Below, in pieces: positions 40,257 through 51,829 of a stretch of DNA of 64,000 bases; position 1 is the first letter of the stretch, and every line of letters begins with the position of its first letter. The DNA is from a bacterium (GTDB taxonomy: Bacteria; JAAXHH01). The DNA lies in assembly GCA_963693015.1 (NCBI GenBank), contig OY843748.1:2269337-2333336 (forward strand), read 5' to 3'. The position numbers and the translations under genes were made by a program. Below the pieces are notes generated by a model that saw only the letters and a program-made list of their open reading frames with translations, searched no databases and was not told where the DNA came from.

Positions 40257-40261
40257 ACGGA

Positions 40262-40297
40262 GTCGGCGGCGTTCCGATTGCCCCGGACGCCGCCGAC
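40262..40297 (+). terminator. GC-rich hairpin after anti-sigma gene
   Basis: gtcggcggcgt / acgccgccgac 11-bp stem; no U tract. Confidence 0.4.
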
Positions 40298-40345
40298 CGG
40301 CGTTCGGGTTTCGAGACATCGGGCGTTGATTCGGGCATTAAGAAG

Positions 40346-40373
40346 TTGACAAAAGGCCGGTTCCGGGTACGTT
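40346..40373 (+). promoter_or_regulatory. Sigma70-type promoter upstream of ispG
   Basis: TTGACA 40346-40351, 16-bp spacer, TACGTT 40368-40373. Confidence 0.5.
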
Positions 40374-40497
40374 ACGTAGCGTAGCGATTACGCGCGAGAC
40401 CGGTCTGGCGCGTACCCATGACGGGAAACCCGGGTATGGTGGAACGGTCCTGTATGGTGATCCGGTCCATCGTGTCCTCATCGAAGGAATCGACCAC

Positions 40498-41670
40498 GTG
40501 GAGATGATCTGCCCGCGTCGAAAGACCCGTGAGGTCCGCGTCGGAAACGTCACGATCGGCGGCCGGAATCCCATCGTCGTGCAATCCATGATCACGGAGA
40601 ACACCCGGGACGTGGCGGCCTGCGTGGACGCGATCATCAGGCTGCACGAACTGGGCTGTGAAATCGTACGCGTGACCACGCCCACGCTGGCGGACGCCCA
40701 TTGCCTTCAGGAGATCAAGCAGACGCTGGTGCGCCGCGGAATCGACGTGCCCCTGGTAGCGGACGTGCACCATCAGGGCACGAGGATAGCCGAAGAAGTC
40801 GCCCGGTCGGTCGACAAGGTACGCATCAATCCCGGCTTGTTCGTATTCCAGCGATTGTCCGACACCATCGAGTACACGGCGGAGGAATTCGAAGAAGCAA
40901 GGCGCAAAGTGGAGGAAGACCTCGCCCCCGTCATCAGGGTGTGCCGGGAACGGGACATCGCGATGCGCATCGGCGTGAATCACGGTTCCCTGTCCGATCG
41001 TATGACCGTAACCTACGGGGATACGCCGCTGGGCATGGTGGAATCCGCCCTGGAGTTCATTCGGATCTGCGAGTCGAACGACTACCGGAATCTGGTCGTT
41101 TCGCTCAAGGCCTCCCGCGTTCCGGTCATGATACAGGCCAACCGCCTGATGGCCGGCCGCATGGACGAAGAAGGCATGGACTATCCGCTGCACCTGGGCG
41201 TCACCGAGGCCGGCGACGGCGAATATGCCCGGGTGAAGTCGACCTCCGGCATCGGCACCCTGCTGGCCGAGGGACTTGGGGATACCATTCGGGTCTCCCT
41301 CGCCGAGGATCCGGCCAACGAGATTCCCGTCTGTTACGACATCCTCCAGGCGCTGGGCCTGCGCCGTACCAAGGTGGAGTTCATCGCCTGCCCCTCCTGC
41401 GGGCGCACCAAGTTCAACCTGGAACACGTGCTGGCCGAGGTCAAGTCGGCCACCGATCATCTCGCCGGGCTCGACATCGCCGTCATGGGATGCATCGTCA
41501 ACGGCCCCGGAGAAATGGCCGATGCCGACTACGGATACGTCGGCCGCGCCAATGGGATCATCTCACTCTATCGCGGCCGGGAATGCGTGAAGATGAGCGT
41601 GCCCCAGGAACGGGGCGTCGAGGAACTGGTCGATTTGATCAAGTCGGACGGTCGCTGGGTCGATCCCTAA
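40498..41670 (+). CDS. ispG: (E)-4-hydroxy-3-methylbut-2-enyl-diphosphate synthase
   Basis: [56 protein letters not shown]. Confidence 0.97.
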   Translation: MEMICPRRKTREVRVGNVTIGGRNPIVVQSMITENTRDVAACVDAIIRLHELGCEIVRVTTPTLADAHCLQEIKQTLVRRGIDVPLVADVHHQGTRIAEEVARSVDKVRINPGLFVFQRLSDTIEYTAEEFEEARRKVEEDLAPVIRVCRERDIAMRIGVNHGSLSDRMTVTYGDTPLGMVESALEFIRICESNDYRNLVVSLKASRVPVMIQANRLMAGRMDEEGMDYPLHLGVTEAGDGEYARVKSTSGIGTLLAEGLGDTIRVSLAEDPANEIPVCYDILQALGLRRTKVEFIACPSCGRTKFNLEHVLAEVKSATDHLAGLDIAVMGCIVNGPGEMADADYGYVGRANGIISLYRGRECVKMSVPQERGVEELVDLIKSDGRWVDP

Positions 41671-41769
41671 TTTGGTTGACCGATCTGACGCGAACCGTTA
41701 AGTTGTTGCTTTCACGGCGCGCCTATTCCGGCAGTCGATCCATCTCTACCCAGGCCAGTTACCAGGAGG

Positions 41770-43080
41770 TTGTACGGAATGCCCGACACGTTGACCGTCA
41801 TTGACAACCGGACTGGCAAACAGTACGAGATCCCGATCATATACGGGACCTATCCCAAGTACGGCGCCGCGATCCCCACCACGGACTTTCGCCAGATCAA
41901 GGTGTCCGAGGACGATTTCGGGTTGCTGGGATACGATCCGGCCTTCAACAATACCGCCTCCTGCCGGAGCAGCATTACCCACATCGACGGCGAGAAGGGC
42001 ATTCTCCGGTACCGGGGTTATCCCATCGAAGACCTGGCGGTCAAAAGTTCCTTTCTCGAAGTCGCCTTCCTGATCGTCCACGGCGTGCTGCCGACCAGGA
42101 CCGAACTCGATGAATGGTCCTACGACATCACCCATCACGCCATCGTCCACGAGAACATCAAGAAGTTCATGGATGGATTCCGGTACGACGCCCATCCCAT
42201 GGGGATCCTGATCAGCACGGTCGCCGCGCTATCCACCTTCTACCCGGAAGCCAAGCGGATACGCGACGCGGCCATCCGAAACGAGCAGATCCACCGGCTC
42301 ATCGCCAAGATACCGACCATCGCCGCCTTCGCGTACAGGCACAGTCAGGGCTTTCCCTACACCTATCCGGACAACGGCCTGGGTTACTGCGGCAACTTCC
42401 TGTCCATGATGTACAAGATGACGGAGCAATACACCCCCGATCCCGTGCTGGAAAAGGCCCTGGACGTGGTGTTCATCCTGCACGTGGACCACGAACAGAA
42501 CTGCAGCGCCAATGCGATGCGAAGCGTCGGAAGTTCCCTGCCCGATCCCTACGTGTCGGTTGCCGCCGCGGCGGCCGGGCTGTACGGCCCCCTGCACGGC
42601 GGCGCGAACGAGCAGGTGCTGCACATGCTGCAGGAGATCGGACACATCAGCCGGGTACCCGCCTACGTCAAGAAGGTCAAGCAGGGCGATATCCGGCTCA
42701 TGGGGTTCGGCCACAGGGTGTACAAGAATTACGATCCGCGGGCCAGGATCCTCAAGGAGATGACCCACCGGGTCCTGGGCGTGACCGGCAAGAACACCCT
42801 GCTCGACGTCGCCGTGGAACTGGAGCGCATCGCCCTCGAAGACGACTATTTCGTCAATCGGAAACTCTATCCCAATGTCGATTTCTATTCGGGCCTCATC
42901 TACCAGGCCATGGGCTTTCCGCTTGAGATGTTCCCCGTGCTGTTCGCGATCCCCCGCACCGTGGGCTGGCTGGCGCAGTGGGCGGAAATGCTGGATGACC
43001 CGGAGCAGAAGATCGCGCGTCCCCGCCAGATTTATTCCGGTGACGACGTCTGCCACTACGTGCCGATAGAGGATCGGTAG
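41770..43080 (+). CDS. gltA: Citrate synthase
   Basis: DGEKGILRYRGYPIE, LYGPLHGGANE, LMGFGHRVYKNYDPRA, YPNVDFYSG; start TTG 41770 or ATG 41779. Confidence 0.95.
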   Translation: MYGMPDTLTVIDNRTGKQYEIPIIYGTYPKYGAAIPTTDFRQIKVSEDDFGLLGYDPAFNNTASCRSSITHIDGEKGILRYRGYPIEDLAVKSSFLEVAFLIVHGVLPTRTELDEWSYDITHHAIVHENIKKFMDGFRYDAHPMGILISTVAALSTFYPEAKRIRDAAIRNEQIHRLIAKIPTIAAFAYRHSQGFPYTYPDNGLGYCGNFLSMMYKMTEQYTPDPVLEKALDVVFILHVDHEQNCSANAMRSVGSSLPDPYVSVAAAAAGLYGPLHGGANEQVLHMLQEIGHISRVPAYVKKVKQGDIRLMGFGHRVYKNYDPRARILKEMTHRVLGVTGKNTLLDVAVELERIALEDDYFVNRKLYPNVDFYSGLIYQAMGFPLEMFPVLFAIPRTVGWLAQWAEMLDDPEQKIARPRQIYSGDDVCHYVPIEDR

Positions 43081-43126
43081 CCGGTCAGGCATCTGTCAGC
43101 TACGCGGCGCCCCCGACTGAGGTCCA

Positions 43127-43960
43127 TCAACTGCGCGGCACCCACCCGTAGGCTTCCCGGCTGTTCTTCCCCATGATTTTGTCCAGGACTTCCGAACCCC
43201 GCGGCTCGAAGCAGGCCATGGCCAGCGATTGCACCTGGCGGTAGGTCGCGTATCTCCAGGATACGGGCCAGTTGCTGGCATACAGCAGCCTGTTCTCCCC
43301 AAAGGCGTTCCAGAGCGCGTCCAGGACCGGCCCGTAGTAAGCCGGGTCCTCCGGCGGCGGGGAAGCCTGCGCCAGTTCCACCATGCCCGATATCTTGCAG
43401 AAAACGTGGGGATGGGCCGCGGCAGATCTGATGCCGGCCACCCATTCTTCGTCCGGCTGCCCACCGGTCACCGGCACGTGGGCCAGGTGGTTCAGCACGA
43501 TCCTCAAGTCGGGGAAACGCGCGGCGCAGTCGGCCACGCCGGGCAGCCATTCCTTGCCCACGAGCAGGTCCAGGGTCAGGCCGTGGGCCGCGAGTTGCTC
43601 CATGGCCCCGAGATACACCGGATCGTCGATCGGCGCCTTGCCCAAACGGATGCCGTAGAAGAGATCGTGCGCCGCAAAACGTTCCAGGTCCGATTCGAAA
43701 CGGGCATCCGGAGGCTCCAGGTGTCCCACCAGGCCCAGCAGGAAGGGATCGTCCTCGGCCAGATCCAGGATCCACTGGTTGTCCTCCACCCAGGCGCTGG
43801 CTTCCACCACGACGGTGCCCGTGACGCCTTCCGGTCGCGCTTCGCGCTTGAAATCCTCCGGCATGATGCGCCGGTATAGAAAATCGTCCTCGGGGCCCGG
43901 CCATGGCACGCCCTGCGGCCGGGCGGGATCGTAGAAGTGGGTATGGGTATCGACGATCAC
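43127..43960 (-). CDS. Amidohydrolase family protein (sugar lactonase-like)
   Basis: DTHTHF, VLNHL, KISG, ASNWP; GTG at 43960 overlaps the upstream stop. Confidence 0.8.
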   Translation of the reverse strand: MIVDTHTHFYDPARPQGVPWPGPEDDFLYRRIMPEDFKREARPEGVTGTVVVEASAWVEDNQWILDLAEDDPFLLGLVGHLEPPDARFESDLERFAAHDLFYGIRLGKAPIDDPVYLGAMEQLAAHGLTLDLLVGKEWLPGVADCAARFPDLRIVLNHLAHVPVTGGQPDEEWVAGIRSAAAHPHVFCKISGMVELAQASPPPEDPAYYGPVLDALWNAFGENRLLYASNWPVSWRYATYRQVQSLAMACFEPRGSEVLDKIMGKNSREAYGWVPRS

Positions 43961-44766
43961 GACGCGTTCCTTTCCGAAACCTTCCGGCAACTCTCGAAGA
44001 AGTCCTCGTTGGACGCCGAAAAACCGAACTGCTGCTCTATTTCGCGGATCGCGATCTCCGTTACGAAGAGATCATCGAGCGTATCAGGAAATTCGACCCC
44101 CGCGGTACAGTCGCGCAGGAACACGATATTGTACCCGTACCGCGCCATGGAACGGATGCCGTAGTCCCTGCCCAGGACGCACCAGTTGGTGGCGAAACCC
44201 GCGTAGACCAGGTGGAGCACGTTCCGTTCGGCCAGCACCTCGTGCAGCTCGGCGCCGTTTGTGATCACTACGTCCTCGTCACGGACCTCGACGGCCGGTG
44301 AGATGGTCAGGTCGTCGCTGATGGGGTCCCAGTGCAGGCCGATGCCGGGCGGTTGGCTCCTGGGTCCGCGATAGGCCTGGTATTCGCCCGCCCTGCTCCG
44401 AAATGCCTGGGGCGGCCAGTCCGCACTCCAGCCCGGCGGGTCGGGCGGCGTTGGATTGCGCGTCGATTGGGGAAACTGCCGCGCAACCTCGGGCGAAGGG
44501 GCGTGAATTACGGTCAGGCCGGCTCTCCGGCTCATTTCGATGGCCGGCACGATCGCCTCCCGGGTGACCCGGGCGGCCCGTTCGATCCAACTGTCGATGA
44601 AATGGGTATTCCACAGGTCCACCAGGACGAGTGCCGTCTGCTCCACCGGTAGCTTCATCCGGATTTCCCTGCGGATGAAGTGCTCCTCTCTGCAGGGTAC
44701 ATCGGCCGGGGTGCTGTCCTGGTAGTATCTTACGTTCAGATCGAGTGCTGACGGGCTATTTGCCAT
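43957..44766 (-). CDS. Isochorismatase / cysteine hydrolase family protein
   Basis: [14 protein letters not shown] catalytic Cys; ATG 44766. Confidence 0.75.
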   Translation of the reverse strand: MANSPSALDLNVRYYQDSTPADVPCREEHFIRREIRMKLPVEQTALVLVDLWNTHFIDSWIERAARVTREAIVPAIEMSRRAGLTVIHAPSPEVARQFPQSTRNPTPPDPPGWSADWPPQAFRSRAGEYQAYRGPRSQPPGIGLHWDPISDDLTISPAVEVRDEDVVITNGAELHEVLAERNVLHLVYAGFATNWCVLGRDYGIRSMARYGYNIVFLRDCTAGVEFPDTLDDLFVTEIAIREIEQQFGFSASNEDFFESCRKVSERNAS

Positions 44767-46846
44767 TTTTTCCTGCTCTCGCCTTAGTCTTTGATGGCTT
44801 ATGGGGCGCCACCGCCTTCCTGGACGACGCTCGAGCCGCCTCCTGTGACGGTTCCCGGACCCCGGTCTGTCCGCCGTTTCGCATACGATGGACGATTTCA
44901 TCCACGTCGTACACACATCCGCCCCACGGGCCGCCGCCGGCCTGTTGCAGGACGGCCCAGAGCCGGGTGTCGTCGGGAAGATTCGGGTCGGCGGCCAGGT
45001 CGGGCCGCGGCGGCCGCCCGGCGAGCTGCCTGGTACCCTCCTCCGTGCCGAAGGTGCCCTCCTCATTCCCGACCAGGTTGATGGAACCCGTCAGGGCGTT
45101 CCGGTCTATGACGATCTCGACCAGGTCGCCGTCGGTTACCTTTCCGATGGGACCGCCAGCCAGGGCCTCGGGTCCGACGTGACCGATGCACGCCCCCGTC
45201 GAAATGCCGGAAAAACGGGCGTCGGTCACCACGGCCACGTGCTTGCCGAAGGACAGGTGCCTCAGCGCGGCGGTAATCTGGTACGTTTCCTCCATCCCGG
45301 CGCCCATGGGACCGCGGCAGATGAGGACCAGCACGTCGCCGGGCCTGATCCGGTCCTCGCCCCGGCTCTTGATGGCGGCGATGGCGTCCCGCTCCCGCGT
45401 GAATACCCGCGCGGGGCCCGTCTTCCGGTATACCCCGTCCGGGTCGACGACGTCCGGGTCGATCGCCGTGCTCTTGATCACCGAGCCTTCCGGCGCGAGA
45501 TTGCCCACGGGAAACGTCACCGTGCTCGTCAATCCCCGGTTCCGCGCCCGATCGGGGGACATGATGACTTCCTCCGGGTCGATCCCGTCCACTTTCTTCA
45601 ACCGCTCGCGGACCAGCCGCCGTCTTTCGGACCCCCGCCACCAGTCCAGGACCTCTCCCAGGGGACATCCGGCCGCGGTGAGTACCTTTTCGTGCAGCAG
45701 GCCCGCTTCGCGGAGGTGCAGCATCACTTCCGGCACGCCGCCGGCGAGGAAGGCGATCACCGTGGGATAACCCGTGGGGCCATTCGGCAATACGTCCACC
45801 AGCCGGGGCGTCCGGCGGTTTATCCTGACCCAGTCCTCTATCGTGGGACGGCGCAGTCCGGCGGCGTGGGCGACCGCGGGGACGTGTAGCAGCAGGTTGG
45901 TCGAACCCCCGAAGGCGGCGTGGACCGTCATGGCGTTTTCGAGGGCCTCTTCGGTCAGGATCTTCCGGACGGTCAGTCCCTCGGCGTCAAGCCGCATCAG
46001 CGCCCGGGCCGAACGCCGGGCCATGTCGGTCCAGATGGGCTGGCCGGACGGGGCCAGCGCGCTGTGGGGCAGCGAAAGGCCGAAGGCTTCCCCCACGACC
46101 TGCGAGGTCGCCGCCGTGCCCAGGAACTGGCAACCGCCGCCCGGCGACGCGCAGGTGCGGCAGCCCATGTCCGCCGCGTATTCCAGCGAGATCTCCCCGT
46201 GGGCGTACCTGGCGCCGATGGACTGGATCTTGCCCGCGTCCTCGCCCTCTTCCGCCGGCAGCGTAACGCCGCCCGGCACGAGCACGCACGGCAGGTCATG
46301 GGTCGCCGCCAGCGCAATCATCATGGCGGGCAGGCCCTTGTCGCACGTCGCCACGCCGATCACGCCGCGGCGCGTCGGCAGGGACCGGATCAACCGGCGG
46401 AAGACCATGGCCGCGTCGTTCCGGTACGGGAGGCTGTCCATCATGCCGGGCGTGCCCTGCGTACGGCCGTCGCAGGGATCGGTGCAGTAGCCGCCGAAGG
46501 GGATGCCGCCCAGGGCCGTCAGCTCCTCGGCGGCCGCCTGCATGAGCAGGCCGACCTCCCAGTGGCCGGTATGGTATCCCAGGGCCACCGGCGTTCCATC
46601 GGATGCGCGGATACCGCCCTGGGTGCTGAGGATCAGGTATTGCCGTCGGTTCAGGGCGTTGGGGCTCCACCCCATGCCCACGTTCTGGGACAGGGCGAAC
46701 AGGTCGCCGCTGGGGCTTTCCCTCAGCATGTCGTCGGTGAGCGGCAGGCTGCCTTCGGGACCGGGCGCACTGGACTGGATGTCGTAAATGCCCGGATCGG
46801 AATGGCCGACGACGGCTTCGAAGGAGAGCAGGGAGGGTGTTTTCAT
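44756..46846 (-). CDS. YjhG/YagF-family D-xylonate dehydratase (IlvD/Edd family)
   Basis: [37 protein letters not shown]. Confidence 0.9.
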   Translation of the reverse strand: MKTPSLLSFEAVVGHSDPGIYDIQSSAPGPEGSLPLTDDMLRESPSGDLFALSQNVGMGWSPNALNRRQYLILSTQGGIRASDGTPVALGYHTGHWEVGLLMQAAAEELTALGGIPFGGYCTDPCDGRTQGTPGMMDSLPYRNDAAMVFRRLIRSLPTRRGVIGVATCDKGLPAMMIALAATHDLPCVLVPGGVTLPAEEGEDAGKIQSIGARYAHGEISLEYAADMGCRTCASPGGGCQFLGTAATSQVVGEAFGLSLPHSALAPSGQPIWTDMARRSARALMRLDAEGLTVRKILTEEALENAMTVHAAFGGSTNLLLHVPAVAHAAGLRRPTIEDWVRINRRTPRLVDVLPNGPTGYPTVIAFLAGGVPEVMLHLREAGLLHEKVLTAAGCPLGEVLDWWRGSERRRLVRERLKKVDGIDPEEVIMSPDRARNRGLTSTVTFPVGNLAPEGSVIKSTAIDPDVVDPDGVYRKTGPARVFTRERDAIAAIKSRGEDRIRPGDVLVLICRGPMGAGMEETYQITAALRHLSFGKHVAVVTDARFSGISTGACIGHVGPEALAGGPIGKVTDGDLVEIVIDRNALTGSINLVGNEEGTFGTEEGTRQLAGRPPRPDLAADPNLPDDTRLWAVLQQAGGGPWGGCVYDVDEIVHRMRNGGQTGVREPSQEAARASSRKAVAPHKPSKTKARAGKNGK

Positions 46847-46848
46847 GG

Positions 46849-47853
46849 CTATGCCTTACCGTTGCCGATTCGCCCGACGTTGTCCAGGAGCGCTTTCATG
46901 TAGCCCAGCGCGTAGGCCCTGGAAGTACTATGGCGGCCATCCGGGTCCAGAGCCAGCCGCGGCACGTGATCGTCGATCATGGGACAGTCCACGCCGGCTT
47001 CCGCGTAGGCCATCAGGGATTCCATGGGATCCACGTGGCCCTGGTCGATGAAGGTCTCCGAGAACGCGGGAACCGGTCCCGAAACGAACCGGAAATGAAC
47101 GTAGTTTATTTTGTCACGCTTCCCGAAGTACCGGATGGCGTCAAGCGCGTCGCCCGGCATTTCGGACACCGTGCCCTGGCAGAAACCCAGGCCGTTGCAT
47201 GCGCTGGGGACGATTTCGACGAGCCGCTTCAGCGCTTCGTGGCTGCGGAAGACCCGGGCAATTCCGGCGATGGGCGAAATGGGCGGGTCGTCGGGATGCA
47301 GGCTCATGCGCACGCCGGCCTTTTCGGCCACCGGTATGACCGCCTTCAGGAAATAGGCGATATTGCTCCACATGTCCTCGTCGGACAGTTCCAGGTCCGG
47401 AGGAACAGGCGGTTTCCAGTAGTCCTGCCTTGCCCCCTTGATCCGCTCGTAGTCGAAACGGGTGACGACCGCGCCGCCCCGGCTCGGGGTCGATTTCGAC
47501 GTGCGCAGTCCGTAGTTGCCGCCCACGTTGCGCAGGCTGAAGAAGTAGCCGAGCACGGGAATGCCCACGGCGCCCATGTGCTCGAGCGTCCTGCACCAGT
47601 TTTCGATCTGCGCGTCGCGCCCCGGCAGCCCCAATTTGATCTTGTCGCACCACTCGGGCGGCACGCCCTCGAGCACCGACCAGGTCAGCCCGGCGTCTTC
47701 GATGCGCGCCTTCTGGAGCGACAGGTCATGGAAATCGTAATAACCCTTTGCGAGGTCGCAATCCGGTACCCCGTTTACTACGTCCGTCACCCCCAGTTGC
47801 CGGGCGAAGGCGAGATGTTCGGGGTCCATCCTGCCGTTGACCGCGAGCTTCAT
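46849..47853 (-). CDS. Mannonate dehydratase (UxuA-like)
   Basis: [24 protein letters not shown]. Confidence 0.8.
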   Translation of the reverse strand: MKLAVNGRMDPEHLAFARQLGVTDVVNGVPDCDLAKGYYDFHDLSLQKARIEDAGLTWSVLEGVPPEWCDKIKLGLPGRDAQIENWCRTLEHMGAVGIPVLGYFFSLRNVGGNYGLRTSKSTPSRGGAVVTRFDYERIKGARQDYWKPPVPPDLELSDEDMWSNIAYFLKAVIPVAEKAGVRMSLHPDDPPISPIAGIARVFRSHEALKRLVEIVPSACNGLGFCQGTVSEMPGDALDAIRYFGKRDKINYVHFRFVSGPVPAFSETFIDQGHVDPMESLMAYAEAGVDCPMIDDHVPRLALDPDGRHSTSRAYALGYMKALLDNVGRIGNGKA

Positions 47854-47918
47854 GGCCGGATCTCCTGAGGTCGGCTGATTTCGTGCCCGTTCGCAGGCCG
47901 ATGCGACCGGGGTTTACC

Positions 47919-47947
47919 TTGACAGGGCCGCCGGTGAACCGTATAAT
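47919..47947 (+). promoter_or_regulatory. Consensus sigma70 promoter of tRNA-Pro
   Basis: TTGACA (47919-24), 17 bp, TATAAT (47942-47). Confidence 0.9.
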
Positions 47948-47960
47948 TGCCCGAGTTCTA

Positions 47961-48035
47961 CGGGGTGTAGCGCAGTCCGGTCAGCGCACCTGCTTTGGGA
48001 GCAGGGGGTCGGGGGTTCAAATCCCCCCACCCCGA
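47961..48035 (+). tRNA. tRNA-Pro (anticodon TGG), CCA not encoded
   Basis: cggggtg acceptor stem, anticodon arm cctgc-TTTGGGA-gcagg, T-loop GTTCAAATC. Confidence 0.97.
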
Positions 48036-48117
48036 TTAACCCTTCCCCTGTACGCACCGCGTATCCCGGCCGGCGCGCTCCTCGGCCAGTGCGCTTCCCT
48101 CCTGGCGCGCTTCCCTC

Positions 48118-48822
48118 CTACGGATCCTGGCTTCGGATTTCCACGTATCTTTCCAGCCGGGCCACCTCGCCGTCATCCACGTACTTACCGATCTCGCGAC
48201 GGAACTGCTCCATGCCGGAATAGGGTCGGTATTCCTTGAACTCATGGGCCATGCGTTCGCCGACACCCGGTACCGCCAGGATTTCCTCGTCGGTGGCCGT
48301 GTTCAGATCGATGGGAACGAACACGTACTGCTCCATGCGCGCGACCTCGGCATCGTCCACGTACTTGCCCATTTCCCGCCGCCACTGGCCGATGGCGAGA
48401 TAGGGTCGGTATTCCTTGAATTCGTGGACCATGCGATCTCCCACGCCCGGTACGAGACGCATTTCATCATCGGTGGCCGTGTTCAGGTTCAGCGGAATGA
48501 ACATCCGGGCGTAGAGCGCGGCCGCCTCCTCTTGGTCCATGTGCGCCGAAATGAGCCCATTCAGTTCGATCATATCCGGGAAGGGTCGTGCGTCCACAAC
48601 CATGTCCGCAAGTTCGGCGGTCATCCCGGGCAGCGTGGCAAGTTCGTCGCCTCCGGCGAGATTGGGATTGACGACCGCTTCCGGCGCCGACTCAGTCTGC
48701 GGTTCATGCTCGGCAGGATCGGTCTGGTCAGCCGTTTCGGAACTGCCGCATCCTCCGAGTACGAAGAGGCAGGCAACGAGCGATAACAGCAGGGCGGGTC
48801 CTGGTCGCTTGAATGTGTTCAT
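48118..48822 (-). CDS. Lipoprotein with three ComEA-like helix-hairpin-helix repeats
   Basis: Lipobox LGGC; repeats NPNLAGGDELATLPG, NLNTATDDEMRLVPGVG, DLNTATDEEILAVPGVG; ATG 48822. Confidence 0.8.
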   Translation of the reverse strand: MNTFKRPGPALLLSLVACLFVLGGCGSSETADQTDPAEHEPQTESAPEAVVNPNLAGGDELATLPGMTAELADMVVDARPFPDMIELNGLISAHMDQEEAAALYARMFIPLNLNTATDDEMRLVPGVGDRMVHEFKEYRPYLAIGQWRREMGKYVDDAEVARMEQYVFVPIDLNTATDEEILAVPGVGERMAHEFKEYRPYSGMEQFRREIGKYVDDGEVARLERYVEIRSQDP

Positions 48823-49301
48823 GGTTTCTCCATGGTTTTTGGGGCGATGCGATTTGCATTCAGGGCCGGGTGGCGAAAACAGGCGGCCATCCCCAGCAGA
48901 CCCATCAGCGTCATGGTGCCCGGCGCAAGAGACGGATAGGCTCCTCCCAACGCCTCCCAGATCAGTTCCAGCCCTTCCCGCGACGGATACATTTCCAGTT
49001 CGAATTCCACGTTGCCCTGGTAATGCAGCCATTGCCCGACGAACCCGGACAGGACGAACAGTCCCATCAGGACCTGGTACGCCCGTATGATCGCATGCCC
49101 GGGCGAGAGGATGAGCCAGACCGAAACCGGAAGGGCGGCCGCCAGGAGCACGAGCGGCACCCGCTGCCAGGTGTCCTCCGTGTGATCCAGGAGTACGAGT
49201 TCGAAGCCCACGCCCACGATGCCGATCGTCAGCACGATCAGGACGAGCCGGCGAAGCGTGGCGGCATCGTCTCGCTGAATCCCCCCGTTTGGTCGAACCA
49301 T
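48819..49301 (-). CDS. Hypothetical four-TM membrane protein
   Basis: Hydrophobic segments, ELVLLDHTE, LH..GN.EFELE, P.LAPG; stop overlaps HhH start. Confidence 0.6.
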   Translation of the reverse strand: MVRPNGGIQRDDAATLRRLVLIVLTIGIVGVGFELVLLDHTEDTWQRVPLVLLAAALPVSVWLILSPGHAIIRAYQVLMGLFVLSGFVGQWLHYQGNVEFELEMYPSREGLELIWEALGGAYPSLAPGTMTLMGLLGMAACFRHPALNANRIAPKTMEKP

Positions 49302-49340
49302 GGCATGGACCCCGCGTGCGCTCGCGTGCGGCTGGAACAC

Positions 49341-50027
49341 TCAGAACAACGTAGTCGTCTCTACGGGCGAGAGGATATCCGCCGTGTCGTTGGACACCCG
49401 GTTTACCCTGTCGCTCACAGGCCGGATCTCGTAGGGCCCCTCGTGGGGCGGTCCGATGATTTCCTGCAGCGTTGCCAGGGGCGTTCCGGGATCGAGCCAG
49501 TCGGTGAAGTCGTCGGGATCGACCACCACGGGCTGCCGGTCGTGTATATCCGAAAGCGCGGGCGAGGCTTCGGTCGTTATGATCGTGAACGTTTCGAGCT
49601 GCCGGCCGTCCCGGCCCCACTGCTCCCACAGCGCCGCAAAGGAAACGGGAGAACCGCTTTCGAGCGCCAGGAAACAGGGTTGCCTGCGGCCCCCGGTCCG
49701 CTTCCATTCGAACCATCCATTCGCCGGGATGAGGCACCGCCGCGCCCGGAACGCCGATCGAAAAGCGGGTTTCTCCCTTACGGTCTCCGCTCTCGCATTG
49801 ATGAGCCGCGCGCCGATCTTTACGTCTCTGGCCCAGGACGGCACCAGTCCCCAGCGGAGCGCGGCCAGGGATCTCGTCCCGCTTTCATCCAGGCGGCACA
49901 AGACGAACGCCTGGGTCGGCGCGCCGTTGTACCTCGGCTGCGGATCGAGGCGCGGCGCCGAATCAGGCAAGGTATACAACGTGTATATTTGCTGTTCCGT
50001 GAGGATTTGGGAGAGGCGGCCGCACAT
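49341..50027 (-). CDS. SOS response-associated peptidase (SRAP/YedK, abasic-site protector)
   Basis: N-terminal MCGR, RYNGAPTQ, LINARAET, CLIPANGWFEW, IHDRQP. Confidence 0.93.
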   Translation of the reverse strand: MCGRLSQILTEQQIYTLYTLPDSAPRLDPQPRYNGAPTQAFVLCRLDESGTRSLAALRWGLVPSWARDVKIGARLINARAETVREKPAFRSAFRARRCLIPANGWFEWKRTGGRRQPCFLALESGSPVSFAALWEQWGRDGRQLETFTIITTEASPALSDIHDRQPVVVDPDDFTDWLDPGTPLATLQEIIGPPHEGPYEIRPVSDRVNRVSNDTADILSPVETTTLF

Positions 50028-50212
50028 CGACTCGGTCCTCCGATGCTCAGTCTTCCTTCAGCGTTGCTACCTATCTGATTCTGTTGTAGAGTTTTAAACA
50101 CGTATGGATAACTTTACCTTGCCTTATTACCATATATATATCAATTAAACAGCGAAGATACGTCGCTTTCCCTTGGGCGCAAGTCCTATCAGGCAAGAAC
50201 GGGAGGTTTTAC

Positions 50213-51829
50213 TTGAACTACAGCCTGGACACGTTCCGCGGCGACCTGTTCGGCGGGATTACCGCGGCGGTAGTGGGTCTCCCGGTCGCGCTCGCCTTCG
50301 GCGTCGCGTCGGGCATGGGCGCGGCGGCCGGGCTGTACGGCGCGATCGGCGTGGGCTTCTTTGCCGCCGTATTCGGGGGCACCCGGTCCCAGATTTCCGG
50401 TCCCACGGCCCCCATGACCGTGGCGATGGCGGTCATCATCGCGAACAATGCAGGTTCGATCAGCGAAGCGCTGACCGTCGTGATCATGGGCGGCCTGCTG
50501 CAGATTCTGCTGGGCACGTTGCGGTTCGGGCGTTACGTGGCATACACCCCCCACGTGGTGATCTCGGGGTTCATGTCCGGCATCGGGCTCATCGTCATGC
50601 TGATCCAGGCGCTGCCCTTCATCGGCGCGCCCGCCGCGCCTGGCGGGGCCGTGGGGACCATCCGGGCGCTGTCGGAAGCCCTCGGGGACGTAAACTACGG
50701 CGCCTTCGCGATCGCGGTCACCACCCTGGCCGTCGGCGTACTCTGGCCCCGGCGGCTGTCCGGACTGCTGCCGGGCACGCTGGTTGCCCTCATCGTCGGT
50801 ACGACGCTCAGCGTGCTCTGGCTGTCCGACGTACCGGTGATCGGAACCATACCCTCCGGATTGCCTGTGATCCACCTGGTGCCGCCCTCCGCCGATTTCA
50901 TCATCCACGCCATCGAACCCGCGCTGATCCTCGCGCTGCTTGGTTCCGTGGACAGCCTGCTCACCTCCCTGATCGCCGACTCGCTCACCGGAACCAGACA
51001 CAACGCGGACAAGGAACTGGTGGGACAGGGCCTGGGCAACATGGTTGCCGGGCTGATAGGCGGTCTGCCCGGCGCCGGGGCCACCATGGGCACGGTAACC
51101 AATATCAGGGCCGGCGGTACCACCCGGGTGTCCGGCGTAATCCGCGCAGTCATACTGCTTGTGCTCCTCATGGGCCTGGGCTGGGTCGTCGAGCCGATCC
51201 CGCACGCCGTACTCGCAGGCATATTGATGAAGGTCGGCTGGGACATCGTCGACTGGCGGATCCTGACGCGCATCCACCGTCTCCACCGGGAGCATCTCTT
51301 CATTCTGCTGATCACCCTGGGATTGACCGTGTTCGTCGACCTGGTCACCGCGGTGGCGATCGGATTGATCGTCGCGGGCATGGCCCACGCCAGGAAACTG
51401 GAAAACCTGGAACTCGACAGCGTGGTGTCCGTACCGCTGCTGGACCGTCAGTTTTTCACGCAGGAAGAAGAAACCTCCAGCATAGACGATTTCACAGCCC
51501 GCGTAGGGCTCGTGGCGCTCCGGGGCAGTTTCACCGTGGCGTCGTCCAAGAAGCTCGTGGGGGTGATCTCCGAGGACATCAAGGACCATGACGTCGTCAT
51601 CTTCGACTTCTCCGGCGCCACCTACATCGACGACAGTGCGGCCATGGTCGTGGAACAACTCATGGACGTCGCCACGAGCGAGGACACCCGGTTCATCGTC
51701 ATGTCGCTCTCCGGGTCCGTCGAGGAGACCCTGTCCGCTCTCGGCATCATCCAGCGCGTTCCGGAAGCGCATATCGTGGACACGCTGGATGAAGCGCGCG
51801 AAATCGCCGGGAAGATGCTCGAAATGTAA
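50213..51829 (+). CDS. SulP family inorganic anion transporter with STAS domain
   Basis: DLFGGITAAVVGLPVALAFG, QISGPT, C-terminal STAS DFSGATYIDDSA. Confidence 0.93.
   Translation: MNYSLDTFRGDLFGGITAAVVGLPVALAFGVASGMGAAAGLYGAIGVGFFAAVFGGTRSQISGPTAPMTVAMAVIIANNAGSISEALTVVIMGGLLQILLGTLRFGRYVAYTPHVVISGFMSGIGLIVMLIQALPFIGAPAAPGGAVGTIRALSEALGDVNYGAFAIAVTTLAVGVLWPRRLSGLLPGTLVALIVGTTLSVLWLSDVPVIGTIPSGLPVIHLVPPSADFIIHAIEPALILALLGSVDSLLTSLIADSLTGTRHNADKELVGQGLGNMVAGLIGGLPGAGATMGTVTNIRAGGTTRVSGVIRAVILLVLLMGLGWVVEPIPHAVLAGILMKVGWDIVDWRILTRIHRLHREHLFILLITLGLTVFVDLVTAVAIGLIVAGMAHARKLENLELDSVVSVPLLDRQFFTQEEETSSIDDFTARVGLVALRGSFTVASSKKLVGVISEDIKDHDVVIFDFSGATYIDDSAAMVVEQLMDVATSEDTRFIVMSLSGSVEETLSALGIIQRVPEAHIVDTLDEAREIAGKMLEM

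Noticed and set aside
40418-40507. 29-codon uORF whose stop overlaps the ispG ATG
   Set aside because: No RBS or informative composition; consistent with chance
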